Notes under the pieces: generated by a model
Databases searched by the model: none
Seen by the model: the letters and a program-made list of their open reading frames with translations, nothing else
What the model was told of the DNA's origin: nothing
Position numbers and translations under genes: made by a program
NCBI GenBank assembly: GCA_013239625.1
Contig: MU054323.1
Coordinates: forward strand, 9,641,186 to 9,705,185
Direction: 5' to 3'
DNA: 64,000 nucleotides
DNA from: Lama guanicoe
Lineage: Eukaryota
Shown here: in pieces, positions 12,255 through 25,200 of the stretch
Numbering within the stretch: the first letter of the stretch is position 1
Layout: each line of letters opens with the position of its first letter

Positions 12255-14658
12255 TCCTATCTTTTCACTTATTACAAACATATAATCCCTTTCCTCATGA
12301 AGTATAGTTATAACAGCTTACTTTAAAATTATGATCTGCTAAATGTAACATCTGGGTCATCTCAGAGTCAGTTTCTGTTGATTATCTTTTCTCTTGAGTA
12401 TGGGTCACATTTTCCATTTTCTTCATGTTGAATATTTGGGGGGTATTCTGGACACTGTAAGTTGTGGAGGTTATGGATTCTGTTACACAACTCTCCTAAA
12501 ATGCTGGTTAGTTGGTTTGTTTGTTTTAGCAGGCAATTAACTTGATTGGATCAAAATACAAACTGTCCCTTAGGTCACAGTTCAAATCTCAGTTCGGTTC
12601 TTTTATTCTTATCTGGGTATCTTAAGCCTGCCTCATGTGGTATGATTCAGAAATAAACCAGAGATCTGGACAGAGTTCATACATAAAATGTATGTTCTTC
12701 CTCTCTGGTTCTCTCTTTTCCTAGATTCCCCACCTCACTTTCTAAAGGCTGTGGTTGCCTTAAACTCTCCTTTGAGTCTTCAGGCCAGTAGGACTGAAAG
12801 TTTTCTATCATTTTATCTGTCCTATGTGACTCTACTGTGGCCTGCTTCAAGCAAAAAACAAACAAACAAAAAACAGAAACAAAAATGGGAAACACATCCC
12901 ATGCATTCCCTTTTTCCAAGTGTTGACTCCTCTCCAGAAACTGCCTGCTTTTGTTCGCTCTCCAGTGCCTTCAGGTGGTTGTAGATTTCAAGAGTTCATA
13001 GCTGACACCTGCAGGAGTTTGTTTCATAGGCGCTTACCACACCACACTGTCAGTAGTTACGTTTCGGTCACATTAAGTTTGAGATGTCCATCAGACATCT
13101 AAGTGGAGGTGTTCACTAGCCAGTTAGATATGTACCTGAAGTTCTGGAAAGAAATCATTCAACATTTGACAGGATATAGATGATGGATAAAGTCATGGGA
13201 GTGGGTAAAATCAACCAAGATGTGAATATACCTATAGAAGAGGAACAGATCCAGAACCAAACCCAGGTGTACTCAGTGTTTAAAGATCAGCATGATGAGG
13301 AAGGATTAGCAAGGCAGATCAGGAAAGAGTGGATAAGAAAGGAAGAGAGAAACCAAGAGAGTGTTGTTTTCATCGAAATCCAAGTGAAGAAAGGATTTCC
13401 AAAAAAAGTCAGGGTAGTCAACTATATCACATGCTGCTGATAGATTAAGATGAAGATTAAAAACTGACTGCTGGATTTAGCAACATGAAAGTCATTGGCA
13501 AACCCAAGAATAACTGTGTTGTTTAAGTAGTGGAGTCAGAACTCACTGAAATGAAGTGAGGAAATAAGTCCAGGAGAATGGAGAAATTTATCAAGGAATT
13601 TTACCATCAGAGAGAGAAGAAAAATGTGATGGAAGCTGGAGAGGGTTATGAAGTCAAGAAGTTTTGTTTTGAGTTTTGACACCAGGAAAAAATGTACCGT
13701 AGGAAGTAGTTGAGAGGGAATAATCGATGTGTTGGATGAGAGAGGAGACAGGACCCTGTGCACATGTGAAGAGTTGGTCTTAGATAAAACCATGAGCAGC
13801 TCATTCATAGCAACTGCAGGCAAGAAGAGAAGCTGTTGAGTATCGGATGTGATGCGGGTGGGAAGGACTATTATGAGAGGACCCAGAATAGGGGGAAGTT
13901 AAAAGAGGCAGCAGGACAAAAAAGAAATCCTCTTCATTTCTTATGTTAGTTTTTGTTGGATTTTGTGTTGCTTAGGACCAAAATCATCCTAAATGATAAA
14001 TATAGTTATTATGAAGCCTTCAAAAATGAACTTTCATAGACCAGAGCATTATTATTTATAAGAAATTTCTGCAAAGTAATGAACCTTCATATTACTAGAC
14101 AGACCAGAAGTTCTGGATCCAAATGGGTGTTTGCAGTTCTTTCACTTATTTCTGGGAGGTAATTCCAAAGAATATTGTCACGCCTCAGAATATCTTTAGA
14201 CTCTATTTTTTTTAAATTACTTTAAAAATCTGTGTTCCATGTTTTGAATACTCTCAAAGATGACAAATGGTCTTTTGTTGCTGGATTTGGTGTTGGAAGT
14301 AGATATAAACTAGTTGAAGTTTAGTCTGGTAAATATCTTTTTAGATCAAAACCTGTTCCATAGGAAGTTCAATGCAACCCGGCGCTTTGGCATGGAAAAG
14401 AAAACAGTTACCATCCAGAGTTTGTCCTTTTGGAGTAAAAAGTCACCTCTTAGATCCCTCTTGGTAAGCCTGACCATTCAACCTTATGGAATATTTTCAG
14501 CAGACACCATACTGCTGATGTCAAGGAAAATAGTCAACATGAACTTCATTTCTGATGAGCAGGAAGTTAAATTTTCTACTTTGAGGTACAGATAATCACT
14601 CAGATGTGTGTGAGGCAAGAGAACTACAGAATCGCTTATCTTTCACAGAGAGTCTGCA

Positions 14659-14740
14659 TCTTTCTTCCTCTCTTCCTTTTCTTTCTCTCTCTCTCCTTCA
14701 CCCCTTTCTCTCTCTCACTTCCCCTCTCTCCTTTCTTTAT
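14659..14740. repeat. CT-rich low-complexity tract (decayed L1 tail region)
   Basis: tctttcttcctctcttccttttctttctctctctctcc... directly adjoining the L1 3' end. Confidence 0.8.
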
Positions 14741-16600
14741 TGAGCTATAGTTGACCTACAACCCTATGTTAGTTCCAGGTGCTCAGCATAGTGATTTGAT
14801 ACTTCTATACATTACAAAATGATCACCTAATAAGTCCAGTTAACATCTGTCACCATACAAAGATATTACAATATTATTGACTATATTCCCTGAGCTGTGC
14901 ATTTCATTCCTGTGACTCACTTATTTTATAACTGGAAGTTTGTACCTCTTAATCATCCTCACCTATTTCACCTATCCCGCCCATTCCCCTCTGCTCTGGC
15001 AACCACCTGTTTGTTCTCTGTATCTATGAGTCTGTTTTGTTTATTCATTTGTTTTGGTTTTCAAATTCTACATATACATGAACTCATAGGGTGTATGTCT
15101 TTCTCTGGCCTACTTATTTGACTTAGCATAACACCCTCCAGGTGCACCCTTGTTGTCACAAATGGCGAGATCTTATTTTTTATGGCTGAGTAGTATTCCA
15201 TTGTATATATACACCACATCTTCTTTATTCATTCATCTACCAATTGATACTTAGGTTACTTCCATATCTGGGCTATTAAAATAATGCTGCAATGAATATA
15301 GGGGTGCACATATCTTTTCAAGTTAGTATTTTTGTTTTCTTTGGGAAGATACCCAGAAGTGGAATTGCTGGATCTTATGGTAGTTCTATTTTTAATTTTT
15401 TGAGGAAACTCCATACAGTTTTCATACTGGCTGTGCCAATTCACACCTCCATCAACAGTGCACAAGGGTTCCCTTTTCTCCACATCTTTGCCAACACTTG
15501 TGGGGGTTTTTGTTTTGTTTTTTGATAATAGCCATTGTAATAATTGTGATTTTGATTTGCATTTCGCTGGTGATTAATGATGTTAAACATCTTTTCATGA
15601 GTCTGTGGGCCATCTGTATGTCTTCTTTGGAGAAATGTGTACATATTCAGGTCCTCTGCCTATTTTTTAACCTGGTTGTTTGTTTTTTGGTGTTGAATTG
15701 TATGAGTTCTTTGTATAGTTTGGATATTAACCCCTTATCATAAGGGGTTTACAAATATCTTCTCCCATTCAGTAGACTGCCTTTTCATTTTGTTGATAGT
15801 TTCCTTTGCTGTGCAAAAGCTTTTAGTTTGATATAGTCCTATTTGTTTATTTTTGCTTTTGTTTCCCTTGCCTAAGGAGATATCCAAAAAAATATTGCTA
15901 AGATTGATGTCAAAGGGTATACTGCCTATGTTTTATTCTAGGAGTTTTATGGTTTCAGTTCTTACATTTAAGTCTTTAATCCATTTTAGATTTATTTTTG
16001 TATATGGTGTGAGAAAGTAGTCAACTATGATTCTTTTGCATGTGGCTGTCCAGTTTTCCCAACACCATTGATTGAAGAAGCTATCTTTTCTCCATTGTAC
16101 ATTCTTGCCTCCTTTGTCTTAGATTAATTGACCACATAAATATAAGTTTATTTTGGGACTCTCTGTTCTGTTCCATTGATCTATGTGTCTGTTTTTGCAC
16201 CAATACCATACATGCATTGATTACTGTGGCTTGAAATCAGGGTGCATGATACCTCTAACTTTCTCTTCTTTTTCAATACTGTTCTGGCTATTCAAAGTCT
16301 TTTGTTTCCGTACAAATTTTTAAATTATTTGTTCTAGTTCTGAGAAAAATGCCATTAGACTTTTGATAAAGATTGCATTAAATCTGTATATTGCCTTGGG
16401 TAGTGTGGTCATTTAAACAATATTAATTCTTCTATTCCATGAGCATAATGTATCTTTTCATTTGTTTGTATCATCTTCGATTTCTTTCATCAATGTCTTA
16501 GAGGTTTTTTGTTTTTGGTTTTGTTTTGAGTACGGGTCTTTTACCTCCTTGGTTAGATTTATTCCTAGGTGTTTTATTCTTTTTTATGGAATTGTATAGG
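14735..16600 (-). mobile_element. LINE-1 (L1MA9-like / laurasiatherian) 3' ~1.9 kb
   Basis: tttattgagctatagttgac...; frameshifted ORF2 remnants; long L1 ORF2 nucleotide homology to ~16600. Confidence 0.88.
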
Positions 16601-19459
16601 GGTTACAAAAGCACCTAGCAGCTTGTAATAAAGGAGTCATCTTGCTCAGGTTCAAATCCTGGCTCTACTATACTAATTGTTTGACTTCAGACAAGTTACT
16701 TAGCCACTCTATGCCTCAATTTCTGTGTAAAACAGAGATAATAATAGTACTCATCTTGCGTATTTTTTATCAATCAGGGTTTAGTGCAGAAAGTAGCAGA
16801 GAAATAGTTTCTGCCTTAGTCTCACATTACAAAATTCAAGCAAGTATCTCTAATTGGTGGAAACTAATTCATATTCAGAGCCTCACTTGCAAACTGCTTA
16901 CTAGCCTCTGCAGTAGGAAGGCACTCAGAAGGAGGATGCTATGGGAGCTGAGGAAGCCAATCCACACCTCCCAAGTTACCATCAGGATGATGTGAAATGA
17001 TGTATATGAGAGCTTAGTAAATGTTCAATAAATGTCAGTCGTGGTTACTTTCAGCACTTAGCTGGTGCTTGAAATATATTTGTTTATTCATTCATAATGG
17101 AACAGAATATAATGTATTCTGTTTACGCAAAGAACAACCCTCTACCTCCATGTATTATGAACCCAGGTTTTCCCGCAGCAGGTCTGAGTCTCCCTATTTC
17201 AGTCAATGTCATTCAGGCTTTAGACACTATGTCTAGTCTACTGTGGAGTGTTGCTGCCCTTTATTAAGAAAACACTAAATTATTTGAGATAATATATGTA
17301 GAATGTTCTGAATATCTCTGGAGGAATACTTAGGAAACTGATGGCAGTGATTTCAATGGTGTGTGCAGGGCTAGGGGTGGGGGTGGGAATTAGTTGGGGA
17401 AGAGAAGGGAGGGAAACTTGCATTTCACTTGCAGTGAGAAGGGTCAATATTCTCTTGTTCCTTTGAATTTTGCAATATGTCCATATATTACCTATTCCAA
17501 AAATTACAGAAAATTTAAAAGTCTTTGAAGCATTTGCTGATTTATCATTGGCATTCAACTTCAAAACAAGCCCATCCTAGTGTCAGGCTGCATGAGCCAT
17601 AGCATCCTGGTTTTTAATGTCCTTTTAGGGCACTCATCACAAATCAGAGTGGGTAGAAATGGGTTGTTGACAGAACAATTTGCAACATGAAAGGCAACAG
17701 GCATTGTATAAGTCTGCCCCCACTCCTGTTCTTGTGAAATGGTGTGTAAACAATCTGCTCCAGCCCTTAGATGAGCTCCAACAGGGCACTTCTGCTCTAC
17801 AAGTACTGATGGCCGGGTGTCTTCCAGAAGGGTCCTTAAGGAGCAGCTGTTCGTGGGAGGCAGCTACTGGGGAGAACAGGTCAGCATAGCTCTACTATAG
17901 ACCACACCATTGCTCTTATTTCTGAGTCAGTTCCTTCAGTCTGCAGATAACAGTAAATAATTATTTACTATTCAACAGGCTAAGTAATTCAGGAAACTAT
18001 GAAGAGGGGCTAGGGGTCATGTAGCTAATTCATTGCCATAGCTTGGGCACTTAGGTAATCTTAGGTGAAAGGCATCAAGGGGCTGAGATAGAAGGGTCCA
18101 GGGAACAGACACTTGGATCTTTGGGTGACAGGTCTGTTTACCCAAAGGTCTGGTCATGGCATAGACTCCAGATGCTCAGTGGGTGAAGAAGCTTCAGGCT
18201 TAACCCTGGGGTGAGGTGAGGAGTATGATCAACGAAAGCGCCAAGATGGTGGCTGTCATCATGACAGGCATGTCTACTAGTGGCAGGACACTAAGGGGAA
18301 TAGTCTCATCTGAGATTGACACCATCTTCTCGAGGAAAGTCTAGGATCAGCCTGTGCATTCTGCCGCAGTGTCCTTGATCGGTGTGTGGCTGTTGGCATG
18401 ACTGACACCATGTTGGGCCTTTACAGTTTCTCCTGTCCTTTGGCTGACCCTACCCAGGACTGTACTGTGCAGTGAATCACTTCTCTGTCATAAAGGGCTT
18501 TGTAGTTAATAGATGTTGTTTAATAACCATTAGGACCAGGTGGATTCTATGCTCTGTTTGTCCCCAAACAATGATGAAGACCTTTCCTGACACACTCCCG
18601 GCATCCACAAGACTAGTAACCCATTCATGAATCTTAACTTAGGAATGCGTGTCCTGTTTCCAAGCCCCTACCGCCCACCCTAGGTTAACTATAAAATTGT
18701 CCCAGTGGCCCCTTGGCAGCATGGAGTGCAGCTGCAAGTGCTCCTGGATCCTTGTCTGCCTGATCCAGACCCCACCCTGGGAGTTAAGTTACTCTAGAAT
18801 GAACTGATTCATTGATTATATGGAGCTGCCTGCCTCATCTTTCGGTTTCAAGATGGCTTCTCAGTCTAGTGGTGCTTTCGTTCCCTCTGTCCTCCATCAG
18901 AGGTTGGTCCAGGAGTTTAGTTTATATTCACCAAGTTCACATCCTAACTCAGGGCACATACATATATGATACATACACTCAGCCATTATCGAAACTAACC
19001 TTCAATGAAAAAGTTTGTACTAATTACATCATTAGTTGTGATGCATTCTGATTTTTTTTTTAATGCTGGTTACAACCAACCAAACTGATTTCATAACCCA
19101 CCAATGGGTTGTAACCAGCAGTTTGGAAAACACCACTCTAGCAACATAAGCTAATCAGCTTTGGTCTGTCTGATTCTCAAGGGTGGTGAGCCGCACAATG
19201 GGCCCAAGAAGTCTCTTACATAACTGATTATCTTGGCATATCTATCCATTCCCAAAGATTTGCATGTACGAACTTCAGAGCACAGTTACATAAATGTACA
19301 CTTTGTCCTCCTTGACCTGACCTCAGACAGACTCACTTTCCTGACACTGAGAGACATCGTGCTGAGTTCACCTCTTCATTCCTTGGTTCTCTGGTCTATG
19401 AACCCAGCACTCCGCCTCTCCTGACTCAGTCCCCATGGAAGATTTCTGAAGTTAAAATA

Positions 19460-19940
19460 TTTGAATCACAGAATGTTAGGGGTGAAAGAGACCTTAAGAA
19501 TCATTGAATACAACCACCCTTTTGATGCATCTCAATGGACTCCAGTCTCTGCTTGCATTTCTCCAGAGACAGCGAGCTCACTACTTACATGGGCAGCCCC
19601 TTCCATCCTTGGGCACCATTGATTAAACAAAACTCCATCTTCCTATGTTTCCATTTGTTACTTTTTTTACATCAAAATTAGTCAGTGTGTCTTCTTGCAA
19701 TAATGCCTGGCACATAGTAAGCACCAGATAAATATTTATTTCTAGTATTATTAGCAGTGATTGTATCAGTGCTATTTACAGTAGTAATTATCTAGCCCTT
19801 TTCTCACAACAACTGCCCTTCCTGGGTTCAAAGGAAGGCGTCGCATTGCCTGGGTCCTCTCTTTCCTCTGCTGAACACCCCCAGCTCCATCAGTCCTTCT
19901 CGATGTAGTGTGATTTCCTGCCCCTTCACCTCCAGCTCAC
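19460..19940. mobile_element. CR1/L3 fragment with MIR/L2 pieces
   Basis: tccagtctctgcttgcatttctccagagacagcgagctcactac...ggcagccccttccat, typical of the L3 3' region. Confidence 0.55.
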
Positions 19941-21837
19941 CGTCCTCCTGACACAGGTCTCTGACTGGTCGATGCCTCTCTGAAAACACTAGCCTTCAGA
20001 AATGGCCTCTGGACTCCTACGTGGAGCATGAGGGCAGAGAACAGAGACTCTCAACTCCCTTGACCTGAGTGCTTGGTGGCTAATAATGCTGCCCAGGATT
20101 TTTAATAGCCCACATCAGAGCAGAGATGGTCCTGCAAGTGCAAATACTGGAGGGGAGGCATCCCGCCCCCTAGAGCGTGTTCCCTTGGGGGAAACGCACC
20201 AGGTGGTGTCCTGGAAGGAATGAGGCCAGCAGGCGTGAGGAAAGCCCACCCAGGAAGAACTAACCATTCAATGGCCGCACCAGGGAGTCTCAGCCGCAAG
20301 CAGATCGCAACAAATCTCAAGTCGCTTCAGGGAATGGGTGGTGGGGCTGCGATGGGGATGGGCCACGAGCCTCACATGCTCCACATAAGGGAGGAGGCAC
20401 TCACTCTGCTCAAGCCAATTATCACCACGCAGGAATGTGGGCCCTCATCCAGATCATCAACTTCTTCCAGAGAAGCCAGAAATTTGAAGTTTTAAATAGA
20501 GAATCATCTCATTTTAAAATGTCAACTACTATGCAACTACTAAAAATAATAATAAAATAAAATAAAATATCAATGAATTCAGCATTAAAAACAAATTTGT
20601 GTCAGGCAACAGTGTCCAGGCTAGACCAAAGCCCCATCACCCTCAGGTCTCCTTCTCTCCCTGCGGAGCAGGGGGCCTTGGGGGCTGGGGCTTGGGGGAG
20701 CCTGGCCCACCCTCCTCTTACTTCAGTCTCTACAGATAGTTCTCAAGTCACTGCTGGAGCCAGGATCAAACCCGGGAAAACAGCTCTGTTATCTGAGCAG
20801 CCAGAGGGAGCTGGCCTGCGCTCCTGGGTGGGCGGAGAGAGCAGTTGAGCCTGGTGTACCATGTGGAGGAAGGCTTCGAAAGGAGCCTCTGCCCACGCCC
20901 CCCCACGCCTCCCCCCCGTGAATGAATTCTCTGTCCCTACAGGGGGCGAGAACATTCCTGCCTTGTCAGCATTACCGGCTGCTCGGAGGAGGAGGGAATC
21001 CGGCTTTCCTTGGCCTCTGGCTTCCTGAGTGACTTCAAACTCTCCTTCCTAATAACTCTATTTGCTTAGCTATTTGCAAAATAGTGAACATGAAAATGCT
21101 TTTGTGTAATTTCAGATAGAAAACATGCAAGACAGGGTAAAAACGTAATTGCTTATCCTAAAATTTTTGGCTCATTGTGAGATCCACAGAATCGCGGACT
21201 TTTAGAGTAAAAAGGGGCCTTTCAACCAGCTAACCAGCCAAATGAGAAAAACTGAGGCAGAGGGTAATTTGTTTAAAATCTAGTTGCTGGTCCATAGTTC
21301 CTTTGTTTCAGGTCATCCTCCCTGTGCTTTGCATAAACGAACCCCGACTGCTCCTCAGCGCATCCCACCACTCACACACTTCACAGCTGAACTGATCAAT
21401 GAACTCACTTTTGTGAGAGTTTCATATTTCACACCAAGTAGAACATTTGCATAAAATATTAATCAGTTTTAAGATACAATTTTATTTGAAAATAGTAATA
21501 AAAATATTAATGAAGCCTTCATTTATATGTAATACATGAAATAATGTGAGTCCCCAAAACTTTTAAAAATTCTTCACAAAGTGCAGAATTTGAAACCTGG
21601 CGGGCCAAGTGAATTATAAACTGTTTATGCTGTTGCCACAATGTGTTACAGCTTTAGCTAGTAAACAGAAACTACTACTGTACACAGTCAGGATTGGTTT
21701 TAATTTGCATGAGCTTTAAAATGTGCAGGTTTTCAAAATGCATTTTCCACATAAGATGAATGGCCTGGTACTCCGCTGAACAGGTTTTATTGTTTTCCCA
21801 ACTGGATGAAACCTACTTGGGTCTAAGACTCTTGGCG

Positions 21838-22200
21838 ATGTGGGAGACATCTCTGGCTGCCTGTCTAATAGCCATTCCTCCTTTCTACCTCGGGAGCAGA
21901 ATCCCAATTTTGCTTACATATTGATCAACAGTATGCTCAAGGAAGATGGTACCAGCCCTCAGAGATGAGCCATGCTTGATCTAGGCCAGACATGGTAATC
22001 CCATCTTCCTGAAATGACCCAGTTCTTCTAAATGAAACCTGGGGAGGAGTCAGCTAGAGACCTCTGGGAATGATTTCCTCTGACAAAAAACCAAAAGGAC
22101 ATGCACCAAAAAAGCTGTGTTTCTTTCCTGCCTTTGGACATTGTTATATAAACATGGGATGCTTGGAGATGTGGCAGCCACTTTGCAACCCTTAGGGAAA
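21838..22200. mobile_element. MaLR LTR (MLT1I/J-like)
   Basis: tgtgggagacatctctggctgcc...catggtaatcccat...gatgcttggagatgtggcagccactttgcaacc. Confidence 0.65.
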
Positions 22201-25200
22201 GTAAAGATCATCAAAAAGAACACCTATATGCCAGACCGAAAGATGTGGTTTATGGTAACAATAAAGGGACAGAGAAGAAAAGGGAAGAGGTATAGAAATG
22301 TGAGGTTTATACGGCCAAACCTCCCAGCGAGTTGGGACCAAAGCTGGATGACATTGGGTTCCCACTCTTGGTCCCTGAGCTCTTTCCCCAGCACTAGGGT
22401 TGTGAAAGAAACACATGTAGGAGAAGGCATGGGGATTTGAGGGACCCAGAGTGTCCTGTGCACACTGAGGAGAGGGTGGGACACTCTTGTGTGTGCTATG
22501 GGCACATGTGCTCTGGAGAAGACACAGAGGTTCACTGTGCCCCATAGTCATGTACGGAGTTGCATGATAATGTGGAAACCCTCCTCCCCTTGGAAATTAA
22601 GCCATTATCAACTCACTCAGTCATTTTACTAATTTATAAAATGCTGACTTTGGGCCACATCCTGTGTTGCTTCTTTGGGGGATGCAAAAAAGCAGAACCC
22701 AGCCTGGCTGCCCTTTTGGAGTTTGCAGTCCTGGATAGGAATGGAAATCAAACTCACAAATAATTAGGAAGCAAAATAGGACAAATCAAATACCAAGTAA
22801 AGGGCCCAGGCAACCAGGGCTTGCGGGTTCAGAGAGGAAAATGGTCCCTGGGACCTGGGTAGTCAGGGAGGGCTGCGTGGTGGGAAGGACAAGAAGGAGT
22901 CTGATGGTGGAGGTTTGGTGCCTGGAGGACAGGAGACTCAGATTCTCAGGCAGGTTGGGATATCAGAAGAAGGAGGCTTCATCCTACTTCTTCCTTGCAT
23001 TAATGGGAGAAGCTTAAATTTGAAATCTCAGTCTGCATCCTAATTCATGGTTTCATTTATTTCAATAAATTTTTATTGAGCAGCTACTGTGTGCCAGTAT
23101 GTGCTGGCAATTGGGGCTATAGAGAGGCCCAGGAGCTCTGTGTCTGTGTTGGGACAGCAAAAGACTGGGGATAAGTGCTGCTGAGGGGGAGACACACAGT
23201 ACCACCAGGCCTGGCCAGAGGAGGGACACCAAGGAGGGTAGGGGGGGCGGCAGGGTGGTTTTTCAGGGGCAGAGATGGGAATTTATCTTGGGGTTCTAGA
23301 GAATCTGCTAGGCTGGGGAGGCTGCTGGCCTTCTGATGAACCCATTCCCCACTCAGCTTTCCAGGAAGGTCCAGTCCCCTTGGCCAAGAGCTTACCCTGT
23401 CTCTGTGCGTGGATGGTACCCCTGGGCCGTCTGATCATTTCGGTCTGTCATCCCAGAGGAAGGGGGTTGAATAAGGAAAGACTCTGCTCTGCCATTCAAA
23501 ACAGATTCTCTTTGCCTTGAGTTGTCTGGACATCTGTAAGTTGACACCTATCGTCCTGGGATGAGGGAGGCGGTGACAGGGCTGCACCCTCGGCACGTCT
23601 TCCTCTGTAGGCCGAGCTTGAAGGTTGTTGGGAGGAGGTGGGCAATTGTGAGCTGCCTTGAGAGCCTGCTTCTCTCTCACTGGGGACCACCAACGCTAAC
23701 ATCTCTACTGGATGGAGGTGGCTCCATCTGAAGTCAGCTGGTGGGAGAGAACACCATGGGCCTTGGGAAGGAAAGTCCCAGAGTGTGGTATTCCATCGGC
23801 ACAGCACACAGAGATGAGGCCATGTTGGTGGGCACTCCTGGTGAGGCAGGACCCACACGGGCACAGCTTCTTTGGCCATTGTTGGGGGTTTTCTCTGCTC
23901 AGCTAGGCCTATTCCTACCCAAGATCGTTGTGTTGAAGCGACAGGAGGAACTGAGAAGTGGCAAAAGTGGTCCAGTGCATTGGGATGAGGTGTGTGACCA
24001 GATGGTGAGCTAGTTTTGAAGTGGGAAGGCACCTGCTGGTTTTTGTTGGTTTTGGAGCATCTCCAGCCACAGGGAGGTGTTGGACTTCCCTAGGATGGGT
24101 CATGACCAGTCCATCCTCATTTCCATCCAACAGATACTTTCTGCGTAGGATCCAAAGGGTCACAAAAAAAAGTTCCTGCTTTGGGAAGTTTGCCACCTAT
24201 AATAGTTGGCCAATGTGGGTGCTGACAGAGACACCCAAAATGTTGTAGATCTTCAAAGGAGAGTGAGATCACAGCTGGTAGGAGGGGTCTGGAAATAAAC
24301 TCCCAGAGTAAGCATTCCTGAGTCTCTGTTGGGAGTCAGGTGCCGCATCGATCACTTCATACACCAGGCTTCACCTCATCCTGACTTCGCTCAGGTATGG
24401 ATTGGCACTTCCTTGTATAGATTGGGAAACAGGCTCAGAAGACATGAAGCTACTTGCCCAAGGTCAGTCACACAGCTGCAAAGCCAAGCAGATTAAGGTC
24501 AGATGATTCTGACCCCAAGGAGCATAGTCGTATGTGTTTTGCTGGGCTGCCCAATGAGACAGATGGAGTTTGAGATGAATCTGGAGAGCAGGAGGGAGCT
24601 TGTTAGATGGAAACAGAAGGAAGGTGTTTCAGGCTGAAGTTACAGCCTGAACAGAGATGGGAATGCAGCATGGTACCAGAAATGTGTTTTGCTCAAAGGG
24701 AGTCTCTTAGGTAAGGGGAGAAGGGAAGGTTTAGGTTCTTTGTGGAAGGCCTTGAGGACCTGGGCCAGGGCTTGTGCCCCTTCCAGAAGGCCACAGGAAT
24801 CAGTGCTGGAGGGAGGAGGCCACATGACAAAGAGAAGAAGTGATGGCAGAGAAGGGAAGATGCAAGTCCATGGAGGAAGAAGGAGGGCAGTTGGACATGT
24901 GGGCTGGAGGCAAGAGGAAAGGGGCAGAGTTGCCTCCTTCGTGTGGGCAGTGGAGTTTCTTGGGGAGGAGCTGCCCAGAGAAGCTTGTCTGGGGCTGAAG
25001 GTGCAGCAGGCAGACCTCAGGATGGAGCTCAGCAGCCCCCAGTCCCCAGGGAGGAGAGTGAGGGGCTAAGCGTGAGGCCGAGGAGAAGAGGGAGAAGAGG
25101 ACGTGTGACTGATCAGGTAAGAAATGGCTCTCTGTGGTCTGGCTGAGGGGATTAGGAAGGGACAGAGGCTGGTGAGAACCACAGATGATTCTCAAATACT

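Larger units (their letters stand above)
9261..13055 (-). mobile_element. old L1ME/L1M-class fragment, interrupted by two younger L1s
   Basis: ttttgctgggtataggattctgggttgg...; ...ttgtttctgatgagaagtcag...ttctgttgttaagcctattcagtgaa...; resumes after 12266. Confidence 0.65.
8525..13830 (-). mobile_element. L2 LINE split in two (8525-9260 and ~13060-13830) by a nested L1 stack
   Basis: L2 tail cattcattcattcaacaaacatttat at 8526; L2 body gaggctattgcaatcatccaggcaagagg; resumes with cattaagtttgagatgtcc...aagtggaggtg at ~13070. Confidence 0.75.

Noticed and set aside
14000..14650. Unique AT-rich block with a 93-aa ORF as a possible processed pseudogene
   Set aside because: No recognisable protein in the frames I translated, and no TSD or poly(A) tail.
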